IMG/VR virus record: IMGVR_UViG_3300045256_000282
Coordinates: 1-64,000 of that record
From: a virus
Reading direction: 5' to 3' (one strand)
Length of the DNA: 64,000 bases
The position numbers and the translations under genes are program-made. Below are positions 1-9,277 of this stretch, in pieces (within the stretch, counting starts at the first letter, position 1; each line of letters opens with the position of its first letter). A model generated the notes under the pieces. That model was not told the origin of the DNA and did not search any database. It saw only the letters and a list, made by a program, of their open reading frames with translations.

Positions 1-492
1 CTCTCCCTTACCCTTGCCATTATTGGTAAGGGTCTCAAAACACTTCAGATAAAGATTCATCAACTTTGGGTCAATAGAAGCTAAAACTGAAGGATCTCTA
101 GTACTCAGGAAACGAAATACCGTATCTGAGTAATGCTGTTTAATACTATCACAGAAGGAGATGAGAAAACTTTCGTTTTCTGATTTAAAGATCTCTTTTC
201 TGTTATAAATCGATTCTGCCATTGCGCTGAGTTTCTCGTTGCGCTTTTCAAACCACTTATTCTTATCAGCTAACGCTAGGACGTGCTCTTTTTTAGCCCT
301 ATTGTGCAGGGCTATAGCTTGGTAAGTGTATCCTTGCATATACATGCTTTCCATGCTTTTTTCAAGCTCTTGGCCTACAGAAGAGATTCCGGGAAGCCCT
401 CTTTCTTTAAATTTTTCTAAAAGCTCTTGGTCCGATTTAGAAAAATCGTTCTTTGGAGCCTGGATTTGTTCGGGAAGGTTAGAGTCACTCAT
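1..492 (-). CDS. Partial ORF (runs off window) with an HTH-like segment; possible terminase small subunit or DNA-binding protein
   Basis: Not in the ORF track; translated by hand as MSDSNLPEQ...MYMQGYTYQAIALHNRAKKEHVLALADKNKWFEKR...; open to position 1; ATG overlaps the TGA of 489..830 (ATGA). Confidence 0.55.
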   Translation of the reverse strand, partial: MSDSNLPEQIQAPKNDFSKSDQELLEKFKERGLPGISSVGQELEKSMESMYMQGYTYQAIALHNRAKKEHVLALADKNKWFEKRNEKLSAMAESIYNRKEIFKSENESFLISFCDSIKQHYSDTVFRFLSTRDPSVLASIDPKLMNLYLKCFETLTNNGKGKGE

Positions 493-830
493 TTTAAATC
501 CAACAATTCCTGACCTTTTTGATCTCTAAGTATTACCGTAATTTGTTGTGAGAATAGTATTGACAGTGCCTTCTGTAAGTTTTGAGAACAGTCTTTTATG
601 TTTTCAGGAGTATTCCCCGACTTGAAGGATACGGTATAGGATACCGTAGACTTCTTTCCTGGCTCTGCGTTTGCCGGGTCAGTGATTATGTCGTAAGAAA
701 TCTCCACCTGACTAACATCATCAATGAAGATGAAAGGATAGAGCTTCATATTATTCAGATGGACCTCAGATATTTGTCCACTAAAAATTGAACCCATGGC
801 TAGCTCTTTTGTTATGGAGTTATTACTCAT
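489..830 (-). CDS. Hypothetical protein
   Basis: 113 aa; ATGA overlaps on both sides. Confidence 0.75.
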   Translation of the reverse strand: MSNNSITKELAMGSIFSGQISEVHLNNMKLYPFIFIDDVSQVEISYDIITDPANAEPGKKSTVSYTVSFKSGNTPENIKDCSQNLQKALSILFSQQITVILRDQKGQELLDLK

Positions 831-1768
831 AAGCTCTCCACGTATCTCATGACTTCCTCGGCAGTTATCGAACCTAAGAACTTAAAATTCTTAGAGTATT
901 GCTCTAGGGTCGACAACTCTTTGTTTTCCTGAGAGGCTCTTGAATCGGTTGGTTTTGAGGAGATTCTTACCTTACCTTTTAAAGCTTTTGAAACCTTTGC
1001 GATCCAAGCACTAGACCCTATCAACTTTACGTGAGTCTTTAAAGAATCTTCAAAATCAGGTATCTCCTCACCTTCCTTGATCTCAAGAGAGATTATGGGA
1101 GAGCAAACTTTTGACGTAGATATAAATGTCTTGGCGTAGGATGTTGTATCAAAGACCCAAATTCCCTTATTTTGATTGGCGTCGGAGATAGAATCCCACC
1201 TAGCAGTTCCTGGAAGCCAGACGTTAGCATACTCTTGTGGCTTATGAATATGGCCGCCGATAACTAGATCAAACTTTTCTACAAGTGTTAGGGGTAATCC
1301 GTCTTTTGCGTAAAAACCATTCTCGTATTGAGACCCATCAAAAGTTTGATGGCAAACTAGGATCTTAGAATTTGCTTCGGACACCCAGTGAGAGAACTTT
1401 TCAGCGCTAGCTGTGTGGGGTAGGTAGGTAATACCCTCTATAATTTTTGGACTATCGACTACGATAAATCCTGGAATATTTCTTAGCACGTCCAAGGCGC
1501 TCATGCGATCTTCGTTTTGATCGTCGCCCGGCTGGTCATGATTGCCCACTATGGCGATGACCGAAAAGTTTTGCCCAAGCCGTTTTGCCCATTTGATCCA
1601 AAAGTTTTGGACTTCCATCCTGATAACCCTATGGGTATGGAAAAGGTCACCCAAGATGACTACAGTCTTTTCTTTTCTATTAAGCGCTTCAGACTCAACA
1701 AAACTCAGTAGCTTTTCTGATTCCTGTATGTTGTCTGGCCTAACGTGAGGGTCTCCTAAAATTAGCAT
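827..1768 (-). CDS. Mre11/SbcD (T4 gp47-like) metallophosphoesterase nuclease
   Basis: Motifs GDPH, GDLFH, GNHD, CHQ, GGHIH. Confidence 0.9.
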   Translation of the reverse strand: MLILGDPHVRPDNIQESEKLLSFVESEALNRKEKTVVILGDLFHTHRVIRMEVQNFWIKWAKRLGQNFSVIAIVGNHDQPGDDQNEDRMSALDVLRNIPGFIVVDSPKIIEGITYLPHTASAEKFSHWVSEANSKILVCHQTFDGSQYENGFYAKDGLPLTLVEKFDLVIGGHIHKPQEYANVWLPGTARWDSISDANQNKGIWVFDTTSYAKTFISTSKVCSPIISLEIKEGEEIPDFEDSLKTHVKLIGSSAWIAKVSKALKGKVRISSKPTDSRASQENKELSTLEQYSKNFKFLGSITAEEVMRYVESL

Positions 1769-1779
1769 TCCTAATCCTA

Positions 1780-2103
1780 TCAGACCGTTTCATTTGTGTC
1801 AACGATGTTTACAAACTTAAGTTCGACTATGATAAACTTCTGATCTTTTAAGGCTTCACAAGAAAAAACGTTTTTAGCCCAGGGTTGGGTTGACAGAAGC
1901 TCTTCGGCAATATATACGGTAGATCCCGCCGGGATAAAACTTCCATCCGAAAGTTTAGCCTCGACTAAAACCTTAAGGCCAAAAAGTTCGGTTTTTTGCT
2001 TCACAAAGGCGATCCCGTTTCGAACTTCACCTTTTAATCCCTGACCTTGCTGGTAAGGTTCTAAGATCAACCTATCGTTAAAGCTAAGCATTCCCAACTT
2101 CAT
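1780..2103 (-). CDS. Divergent GroES-like co-chaperonin
   Basis: FNDRLILEP (cf. PLxDRVxV), mobile-loop-like NGIAF, IPAGSTVYI (cf. VKVGDxVxF), C-terminal KFIIVE; 107 aa; GroEL gene 2.6 kb away. Confidence 0.6.
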   Translation of the reverse strand: MKLGMLSFNDRLILEPYQQGQGLKGEVRNGIAFVKQKTELFGLKVLVEAKLSDGSFIPAGSTVYIAEELLSTQPWAKNVFSCEALKDQKFIIVELKFVNIVDTNETV

Positions 2104-3140
2104 ATCTTTATCCCTTTCAATCGCAAGACTTTCTGATGCATTAGGGGTAAACCTAAAGCAGAGGATATCATATGGTTCATAGAATCTCTTTGAACAATGT
2201 CATTCTCCATATCCACTTCGGAGTTAAGATCTTGCATCTCATACACTTCCGCAGGGGTTTCCCCTTCTTGACCCGGCAGGGTCGTGCTCATCGTAGAGGC
2301 AGCTTTCATTAAAGATGCAAGTTCTGAGCCATTTATCTTCTTAAAATTTGTTTTCTTTCCTTCTTCTTTGTCTTGCACAAAACTTTTATTGATAGCCTCG
2401 GCTAGCTCGTTAAAATCTTGTATGTCTTGCCTGTAAGCAATTGAGTTGGCTCGATAAAGAACATGCCTATCTGATGGGTAGAAGTGAAGCATCGTTTCGG
2501 AGTAACTCTCGATCAGGTTTCCGGCCATTCTTCCGATGCAAACGCTTCGGAACACGGGACTATAGTCACCAACCCATTTATCAACCCCGGATATAAGGCC
2601 CATAGCTGCAATACCTATCATGTCCATCAGCGATACATGGTTCCTAGGCACTTTTCTATAAAAAAGCTTAGCTCGGTTGATGGCCAACGGCATGTTGTTT
2701 TCTATTAGGCGACGTCTGGCCTCAACAACTTGATCAAAAAATTTCTGAGATTTTTCTGGAAATGGACCAACCCAGTTGTCTCTAACGAACTTTATAAGAA
2801 GATAATTTATATGAAACTTCTGTAAAACCCTGATCTTACCGTCTTTGATGGCTGGGGTAATTTGTGAACTAAAAATATCAGCCTTTTCCCTAAAAAATGG
2901 CCTAGCAGACAAGATATTTCTGTTTTGAACCACAACCAAAAGTATGAACTTTCTATAGATCTCGTTTGCTTGTTTGAACTTTAGTATCGAGTTCTTAAAG
3001 CTTTTTTCTAAAGCCATGAGTTTTTCGACCTGTTTTTTCTGGTCGCTGCCATCCTCATTATTGCCAATAGCCCGAGTAAGCTCGTCGGCTAATATGTACA
3101 AGCTGTTGTCGAAGTAATTTGGCTTGCTTTGTTCGCTCAT
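2100..3140 (-). CDS. Phage sigma70-like factor (probable late sigma), truncated before region 4.2
   Basis: Region 2 pattern ARRRLIENNMPLAINRAK...SLMDMIGIAAMGLISGVDKW; protein ends just after a region 4.1-like LPLMHQKVLRLK. Confidence 0.8.
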   Translation of the reverse strand: MSEQSKPNYFDNSLYILADELTRAIGNNEDGSDQKKQVEKLMALEKSFKNSILKFKQANEIYRKFILLVVVQNRNILSARPFFREKADIFSSQITPAIKDGKIRVLQKFHINYLLIKFVRDNWVGPFPEKSQKFFDQVVEARRRLIENNMPLAINRAKLFYRKVPRNHVSLMDMIGIAAMGLISGVDKWVGDYSPVFRSVCIGRMAGNLIESYSETMLHFYPSDRHVLYRANSIAYRQDIQDFNELAEAINKSFVQDKEEGKKTNFKKINGSELASLMKAASTMSTTLPGQEGETPAEVYEMQDLNSEVDMENDIVQRDSMNHMISSALGLPLMHQKVLRLKGIKI

Positions 3141-4630
3141 CCCACTGCCTTTATTTCTGTGCCGCTATCGCTGTAGTATTCTATTCTTTCCTTAAGATGC
3201 CTACCCATTATATCAACAGACTGGACGTCAAAGTCCCATATCACAGCCTTTTCTTTTGGCTGATGATATTTTTCAAAACCGCTGCCTTCTAGCTTTCGCA
3301 CACTTCTGCCTACAGCACCCTGCTTAGTTTTGATCTCGCTAGTACCTCCTTGCCAGTTTACGGTGTGATGGGTCGGAAATATGTTGGTTCCGGTTGATAT
3401 ACAACTAGTGCCCAACAATATCTTTGCCTCTCCCTTATTAAACTTTAAGACAGCGCTTTCTGGGTCTGTATCCCCAAGATCGGGTTCTTTGCTTCCTGTT
3501 GCGCAGGCGTACGGGATCTTGAGTAAGGGCAATATTCTCCTTATCTGATCAATCTCATCAACTAGTACTAGTGTTTGCTCTCCTTTAACGGAACTAACGG
3601 AATTAGCAAGATTGGCTATAAACTTAGCTATGTTGTCATTATGTAGAAAGTGCTTTCTTTTCATGGCCAGAGCATCGTCAGAATCATATCCTGGAGCTGT
3701 CGTTTTGACAGTTACGATCCTAAACTCGTGGTCGCAGATAAAACCACCCTTAATAGCATCCTCTGTTGTTAGGGTGGAGACTGTTTGTCCTATTATGCTA
3801 TGCAAGAGCTTTTCCGTACCGTCACCCCTCGTTTGGGTTCCGCTAAAAAACATCCGATATGGAACTTTTGAGAACAGATTGTGGCAAACCTCATCCAGGG
3901 TTGTCGCTCCCCATAGGTGAGACTCGTCTACTAGCAAAACTTGTGCCGAAGATATCTCCTCAAACTCTTTTGTTCCTGGTTTAAGGTTTGTTAAGGATTT
4001 AGATATGGCTACCGTGAACAGTTTTCCAAGGCGTTTCTTGCCATCCCCTAGGGCACCTACCGAGGATTTGCCTAAATGTTTCTCAAACTTATCGAGCATC
4101 TCTGCGAAGATGCTTTGAGAAGGTACGGCTATAACAGTTTTAAGACCCAATTTTTGAGCAATGGTTAATATAATCGCAGACTTACCCGCTCCGGTACAAA
4201 GTTGAACATTTCCGTGTCTTATGTCTATAAGTTTTTCAATTGATTCTTTTTGATAATCATATAGTGAGAATGGTATTTTCTTATACCATGGGAATGGCTT
4301 GGGTTTTGCAAAAGATTTTTCATAAGACGGCAAGGTTTTAACTTTTACTTGACCAAACTTTTCAATTATGTACGGTATCGATCCGGGCCGCAAGCAGGGC
4401 TTGTTATCAGATTTAAACATCAGGCACACGTTTAAACCCTGTTTAAGCTCGTTTGCCCTCGCTTGCCAGGCGTCCGGGCTGCTTTGTTTCCACCAGCGGT
4501 TGCGCATATGCTTTTTGTACTGGAATTGGGCATTATTATTAGTATAGGATAGGAACTTGGCAAGGGACGACATCTCCTCAGGTGAGGCGTCTACATAAGC
4601 TTCGGTGGGTGTTTTTATGACAATTTCCAT
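3137..4630 (-). CDS. Superfamily 2 DNA helicase (UvsW-like)
   Basis: LYDYQ, TGAGKS, DESH, SGT, QGAVGRSVR; probable ATG at 4630. Confidence 0.9.
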   Translation of the reverse strand: MEIVIKTPTEAYVDASPEEMSSLAKFLSYTNNNAQFQYKKHMRNRWWKQSSPDAWQARANELKQGLNVCLMFKSDNKPCLRPGSIPYIIEKFGQVKVKTLPSYEKSFAKPKPFPWYKKIPFSLYDYQKESIEKLIDIRHGNVQLCTGAGKSAIILTIAQKLGLKTVIAVPSQSIFAEMLDKFEKHLGKSSVGALGDGKKRLGKLFTVAISKSLTNLKPGTKEFEEISSAQVLLVDESHLWGATTLDEVCHNLFSKVPYRMFFSGTQTRGDGTEKLLHSIIGQTVSTLTTEDAIKGGFICDHEFRIVTVKTTAPGYDSDDALAMKRKHFLHNDNIAKFIANLANSVSSVKGEQTLVLVDEIDQIRRILPLLKIPYACATGSKEPDLGDTDPESAVLKFNKGEAKILLGTSCISTGTNIFPTHHTVNWQGGTSEIKTKQGAVGRSVRKLEGSGFEKYHQPKEKAVIWDFDVQSVDIMGRHLKERIEYYSDSGTEIKAVG

Positions 4631-4688
4631 GATTAATCCTACCACGCTATGATATCATTGCTATAGACTTTTGGAGGTCTTAAAAAAT

Positions 4689-6455
4689 ATGATTCGTAAA
4701 GTAAAGACAAGTCCTAAGATTTTCGTGTCGGACCAGACAAAACTTCAAGAGATCGTAGTATCTACAATGGAGCGTATCAGTGAGATAGTGGGTTCCACGT
4801 TTGGCCCAGGCGGAAGAAACGTTTTGATTGAGAGCGATTACCCTGGCATTCCAAACAAGAACACTAAGGACGGGGTCACCGTCTTTAAAGCCTTAGGGTC
4901 TTCTAACTCCTACGAGCACCTGATCATCGAGCAGGCCCGAGATTCTGCGCAAAGAACGGCTAGTGAAGCGGGAGATGGCACCACGACAGCGACCATCCTA
5001 TCTGCGGCTATGGTTCGCTATCTTTATGATTTTTGTAATAACAACCCACGATACAGCCCTCAAAAGGCTGCTCGCGAGATGTCTAAGATCGTCCGTGAAA
5101 AGCTGGTTCCAAAGATCCGGGAAAAAGCGATAAAGATTGATACCGAGAATCAGCATCTTCTCAAGATGGTCGCCAAGATATCTGCGAACGGGGATGAGGA
5201 CATGGCGACCGCTGTCATTAAAGCTTTTGAGCTTGTGGGTTACGGAGAGTCTTCACATGTGACGATCAAGGAACTTTCAGGTCCTTACGGATACGAGGTT
5301 GGTTTGATCGAAGGTTTTCCTATTCCTATCGGTTACGAAGAATCTATTGGCAAGTTTCACACGGCGTTTATTAACGATCAAGCAAACCAACGCTGCGCTT
5401 TGGATAAGCCTCTCTTTCTTCTTTACGATGGTCGGATGAACGACATCGTAATGTTTTCAAGACTTTTTGAAGAACTAGGAAAAGCTTACGTCGAAGAAGG
5501 AAAGTCAGAGTATAAGAATCTTGTCATTATTGCTCATGGGTTTAGCGATCACGTCTTGACGCAACTCGCATACAACTTCTCGAACCCTAACACCATGAAC
5601 ATCGTTCCGGTTGTCACTCCCATGGCGCAGTTCATCAACTCCCAATTACAATTTCTTATGGACGTGTCGGCTTTTACCGGAGCAAAGATCTTTGGGATGA
5701 AGGACAATGTTTCGGAGGCAACTCCAAATGACCTTGGGGCTAATATGGAGATGTTTGAATCTTATAGATTCAGAAGCACTATCGTAGGTAACCCTGACGA
5801 GATGAACGTAGAAGTTCGGGCGGATGAGCTTAAAAAACAAAAAGAACACGCCGAAAGCCAAGCAGAGCAGATCTGGATTGAGGAGCGTCTTGGCAAGATC
5901 ACTAACGGTATCGCAAAATTAACGATCTTTGGTGGATCTAACGGTGAGCTTAAGGAAGCGCACGATCGATGTGAGGATGCGGTTTGTGCGGTAAGAAGTG
6001 CGATCTCAAAGGGCGCTTTGCCTGGAGGATGCCGGGTATTGATTGACCTGGCGGTCGAGCTTGGAGAAACAGAGGCTAGTGAGGTTGTTCAAGAGATCAT
6101 AATCCCAGCCTTGTTTACACCGATCAACCGATTGCTGGAGAATGCTGGGTATACTAGTGACGAATCTATGGCGATCACAGAGAAGATGATTGAAAATCCA
6201 GACCTGGTATACGATGTAGAAAATCAAGTTTTTGGAAAAGCAGAAGAGCTTGGCGTATTTGACTCCGCCCCAGCGGTTGAAGAAGCTCTCAAAAACGCAG
6301 CCTCGATCGCAACGGTTATGGGAACTATTGGTGGTATGGTTGCATATCCTAGAGATGAAGCTTTTGAACGAAGTGAAGCAAAGGATGATGCGGCTTTTAA
6401 AAGAGCTGTAGATAGTCCAGAACAGTTTGTTAACGAGGCAGATCAGCGACCATAA
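4689..6455 (+). CDS. groEL: Phage-encoded chaperonin GroEL/Cpn60
   Basis: TFGPGGRNV, TKDGVTV, AGDGTTTAT, PGGC; ATG at 4689 after GGAGG; TAATG-coupled to TerL; no GGM tail. Confidence 0.95.
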   Translation: MIRKVKTSPKIFVSDQTKLQEIVVSTMERISEIVGSTFGPGGRNVLIESDYPGIPNKNTKDGVTVFKALGSSNSYEHLIIEQARDSAQRTASEAGDGTTTATILSAAMVRYLYDFCNNNPRYSPQKAAREMSKIVREKLVPKIREKAIKIDTENQHLLKMVAKISANGDEDMATAVIKAFELVGYGESSHVTIKELSGPYGYEVGLIEGFPIPIGYEESIGKFHTAFINDQANQRCALDKPLFLLYDGRMNDIVMFSRLFEELGKAYVEEGKSEYKNLVIIAHGFSDHVLTQLAYNFSNPNTMNIVPVVTPMAQFINSQLQFLMDVSAFTGAKIFGMKDNVSEATPNDLGANMEMFESYRFRSTIVGNPDEMNVEVRADELKKQKEHAESQAEQIWIEERLGKITNGIAKLTIFGGSNGELKEAHDRCEDAVCAVRSAISKGALPGGCRVLIDLAVELGETEASEVVQEIIIPALFTPINRLLENAGYTSDESMAITEKMIENPDLVYDVENQVFGKAEELGVFDSAPAVEEALKNAASIATVMGTIGGMVAYPRDEAFERSEAKDDAAFKRAVDSPEQFVNEADQRP

Positions 6456-8293
6456 TGGTAGACCTAAGTAATCCCGCAGAAAAGCTTAAGGCTAAAAACC
6501 TTCTCAGGGTGCTTCAAAACAAGGAGCAGCTCAGGGACTGGTATCGCGCTTATTTTGGTATCGAGATGGTTGGAGATACGATTGATCCAGATTCAAACTC
6601 TAACCCTCTAGACGCTGCGTGGCAGATCTACGAGGCCGTCCGGGACAATAAGGGCGAAGAGGTTGATGGCTTTATCATGCTTTCAGCTCGAGAAGCCTAT
6701 AAGACCCTCTCTGCTGCTATGCTGGAAGTTTTACTTTTACTGCATTTCCAGGTAACCATATCGCACATGGCGGCTATTCTGAAACAGTCGGACAAAGCCG
6801 TTGCGTATATTACTTCGTTTTTGAACAAACTAAAGCCGTACATAGATTATAACGGGTGGAAACAGGTATCGGAATCCAAAACGATGCTTGAGTTCCAGAC
6901 CCCAGAAGGGCACAGGCCATATATTCTTGTGGTCGTGTGCTCTATGGCTGGCGCTAACGGGCCTCACACGAACCTGATGTTTGTCGATGAGATCGACGTT
7001 ATCCGAGATCCGGTCGCTTACGAGGAGTCAAAACTCATTCCTGGTATGGAAAGAGGAAGACTACCCATCACAGTTAAGCTTTCAACAAGAAAGTTTGCGT
7101 TCGGACTCATGGAAAAAGAGCTTAACGATGCTAAGGAAACTGGAGAGAAGATCCTTAGGTGGAACATCATAGATATAGCTGAGAAATGCCAGCCCTCCAG
7201 GTTTCAGCCGAACGCAGACGGGTCTAGAATCACCGCTTACGTGGCTAAGAAGCTTCCGCTGACTACCATAACGCCTGCGGAGTTTGAGGCTAAGCACCCA
7301 CAAGAAAAAGCCGATTGGGAAAAAGTTGAGGCGCACCCAGGGTGCTTGGGTTGTAAACTTTTGCCAGTTTGTAAGACTAGGCTAGCCGATAAGCCGGAGT
7401 CATCTGTTAAGAACCTATACAAACCAATAGCGGCCCTTCTAAAATCTTTCAAAAAGGTTAGTCCAGACATGGCCGAAGCCCAGTTGATGTGTTGGAAACC
7501 TTCCTCCAAGGGTCTGGTGTATCCAAGATTTGATACTCACAAGAACGTTTTAAGCGTAGATCAGGCTTTGGAGCTTTTGACTGGAGATAAGGTCAGTGGG
7601 GCTAGTTTTGATGAGCTGATACAAACCCTTAAAAAACTAGAAGCAAGGTTTTACGCTGGGGTTGACTGGGGATACACCCATGAGGCGACGATAGTCGTCA
7701 TGGCAGTAACGTCTAGTGGCTATAGCCTGATAGTAGAGACGTTTGGTAGCCCCGGACTAGAAATTCATGATTTTAAGATGCTAGGGTTGCGTTTTCAAGA
7801 AAAGTACGGGATCTCAAAGTGGTTTTATGACCAAGCATCTCCCTCAAACATCAAGACGTTTACAAAGGCTGGTATGAAAGGCCCAGAGTTTACAAAGGAC
7901 GTTCTTGGGGGCATTGAGGCTATACGCTCTCAGATCGTAGACACTATGGGTCAAAGACGGCTTTTCGTCATAAATACGGAAGAGAACCGTAAGATCATAC
8001 AGGGATTTAAGGTTCACCATTTCAAACTAGACAATGCCGGAAACCCCACCAAACACCCTGACGACGAGGAATTCGCCGACGTTATGGACAGTTTACGATA
8101 CATAGGGCAGAACGTTCACGGACCCAAGAACTCAAATAAGATCATAATTGGTTCTGATAATCCTCAAGAAGGTCGGCAACACCCTACTATGGCTGAGCAA
8201 TTAAGTCAAGAAATAAGGGTTAGGGTTGTGGAAACTGGCGTAAAGACTGAGGAAACTGTTAAAAAGAAGCGCGGTCTGATTTGGGACATGTGA
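6455..8293 (+). CDS. Terminase large subunit
   Basis: Walker A-like AREAYKT, Walker B MFVDE, RNase H-like GVDWG and C-terminal DVMDSLRY; upstream of portal. Confidence 0.9.
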   Translation: MVDLSNPAEKLKAKNLLRVLQNKEQLRDWYRAYFGIEMVGDTIDPDSNSNPLDAAWQIYEAVRDNKGEEVDGFIMLSAREAYKTLSAAMLEVLLLLHFQVTISHMAAILKQSDKAVAYITSFLNKLKPYIDYNGWKQVSESKTMLEFQTPEGHRPYILVVVCSMAGANGPHTNLMFVDEIDVIRDPVAYEESKLIPGMERGRLPITVKLSTRKFAFGLMEKELNDAKETGEKILRWNIIDIAEKCQPSRFQPNADGSRITAYVAKKLPLTTITPAEFEAKHPQEKADWEKVEAHPGCLGCKLLPVCKTRLADKPESSVKNLYKPIAALLKSFKKVSPDMAEAQLMCWKPSSKGLVYPRFDTHKNVLSVDQALELLTGDKVSGASFDELIQTLKKLEARFYAGVDWGYTHEATIVVMAVTSSGYSLIVETFGSPGLEIHDFKMLGLRFQEKYGISKWFYDQASPSNIKTFTKAGMKGPEFTKDVLGGIEAIRSQIVDTMGQRRLFVINTEENRKIIQGFKVHHFKLDNAGNPTKHPDDEEFADVMDSLRYIGQNVHGPKNSNKIIIGSDNPQEGRQHPTMAEQLSQEIRVRVVETGVKTEETVKKKRGLIWDM

Positions 8294-8298
8294 GCCGC

Positions 8299-8306
8299 AA
8301 TCTTTA
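8299..8306 (+). promoter_or_regulatory. Putative late promoter AATCTTnA
   Basis: AATCTTTA upstream of 8329; recurrent motif. Confidence 0.6.
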
Positions 8307-8328
8307 ATCTAGGAGCTAAAGAGTAAAA

Positions 8329-9276
8329 ATGGCAAAATTAAATTTCCTTTTAAATATAAATAGTTACCTCGACGCCAACTCGTCCAATAATCCTAGCCTG
8401 AACGTTATAAAGTGGGCTAGGGATTTTCAAGGTATCGCAGTCGAGAAGCCTCAAAGCGCACAGTTTTCTTTAGCCCCAGGAGAAAGTCGAACGGTATTCG
8501 ATGGAACCCGAACCCTGCTTCAAGATGGCACTACGCAGTATCAGCTTTCGCTGAAACCCGGTACCACAAGTACCTATGTGCTGAAGCATGTGAGTGGCAC
8601 TGCTCCCCAGTTTCGTGCATCACGAAATACTGGTGCTGATGCCACGACTCAGGTGTCGGTAACAAAGAATGGCAACGTTTTGACCTTCGCTAGCACTGGC
8701 GGCACCCCTTTAGATCTCATCGTAGGCTCTGTTGTTGTTGGAGACAAGGTTAGTCTTGGATCTGTATTTTCGACAGCCAACCGTGGAGTTTTTACGATAA
8801 TCGCTAGAACCGCAACCAGCCTTTCCGTGGAAAACAGCGGGGGCGTAGTGGAGTCTGGTGTTGTTTTAGGGGCATCTTTTCAGGACGAGATCCGCATCTT
8901 TGGTGCTTCGGGCGTTCAGGCTGGGGATACGATTCGCATATTTGGCGCTTTCTCACCCTCTACCCAAGGATCGTACGAGGTTTCTTATGCTCAGGATAAT
9001 CTCGTAGAGTTTTACTCAACTTCTTCTCTTCCAGAAGAGACGGTTACCACAAACTCGGTGGCTATTTACAGTCAGGCCAAAAGGGTGATATACATAGAAA
9101 CAGACAAGAAGCTTAGCATCCAAGCAAATGGTGCGCAGCAAGGAAAGGTTGAGCCTCTAGTCTCTGGTTCCGATATTAAGCCCGGTATGCTTTTTAAGAT
9201 CGAGACCATCTGGTCATTAGTGGTGACCAACGATAGTTTAGAAGTTGCAAATATTTACTGCGCATCGGTAGAGTAA
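8329..9276 (+). CDS. Putative virion structural protein (beta-rich)
   Basis: 315 aa, S/T/G/V-rich, between TerL and portal. Confidence 0.6.
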   Translation: MAKLNFLLNINSYLDANSSNNPSLNVIKWARDFQGIAVEKPQSAQFSLAPGESRTVFDGTRTLLQDGTTQYQLSLKPGTTSTYVLKHVSGTAPQFRASRNTGADATTQVSVTKNGNVLTFASTGGTPLDLIVGSVVVGDKVSLGSVFSTANRGVFTIIARTATSLSVENSGGVVESGVVLGASFQDEIRIFGASGVQAGDTIRIFGAFSPSTQGSYEVSYAQDNLVEFYSTSSLPEETVTTNSVAIYSQAKRVIYIETDKKLSIQANGAQQGKVEPLVSGSDIKPGMLFKIETIWSLVVTNDSLEVANIYCASVE

Positions 9277-9277
9277 T

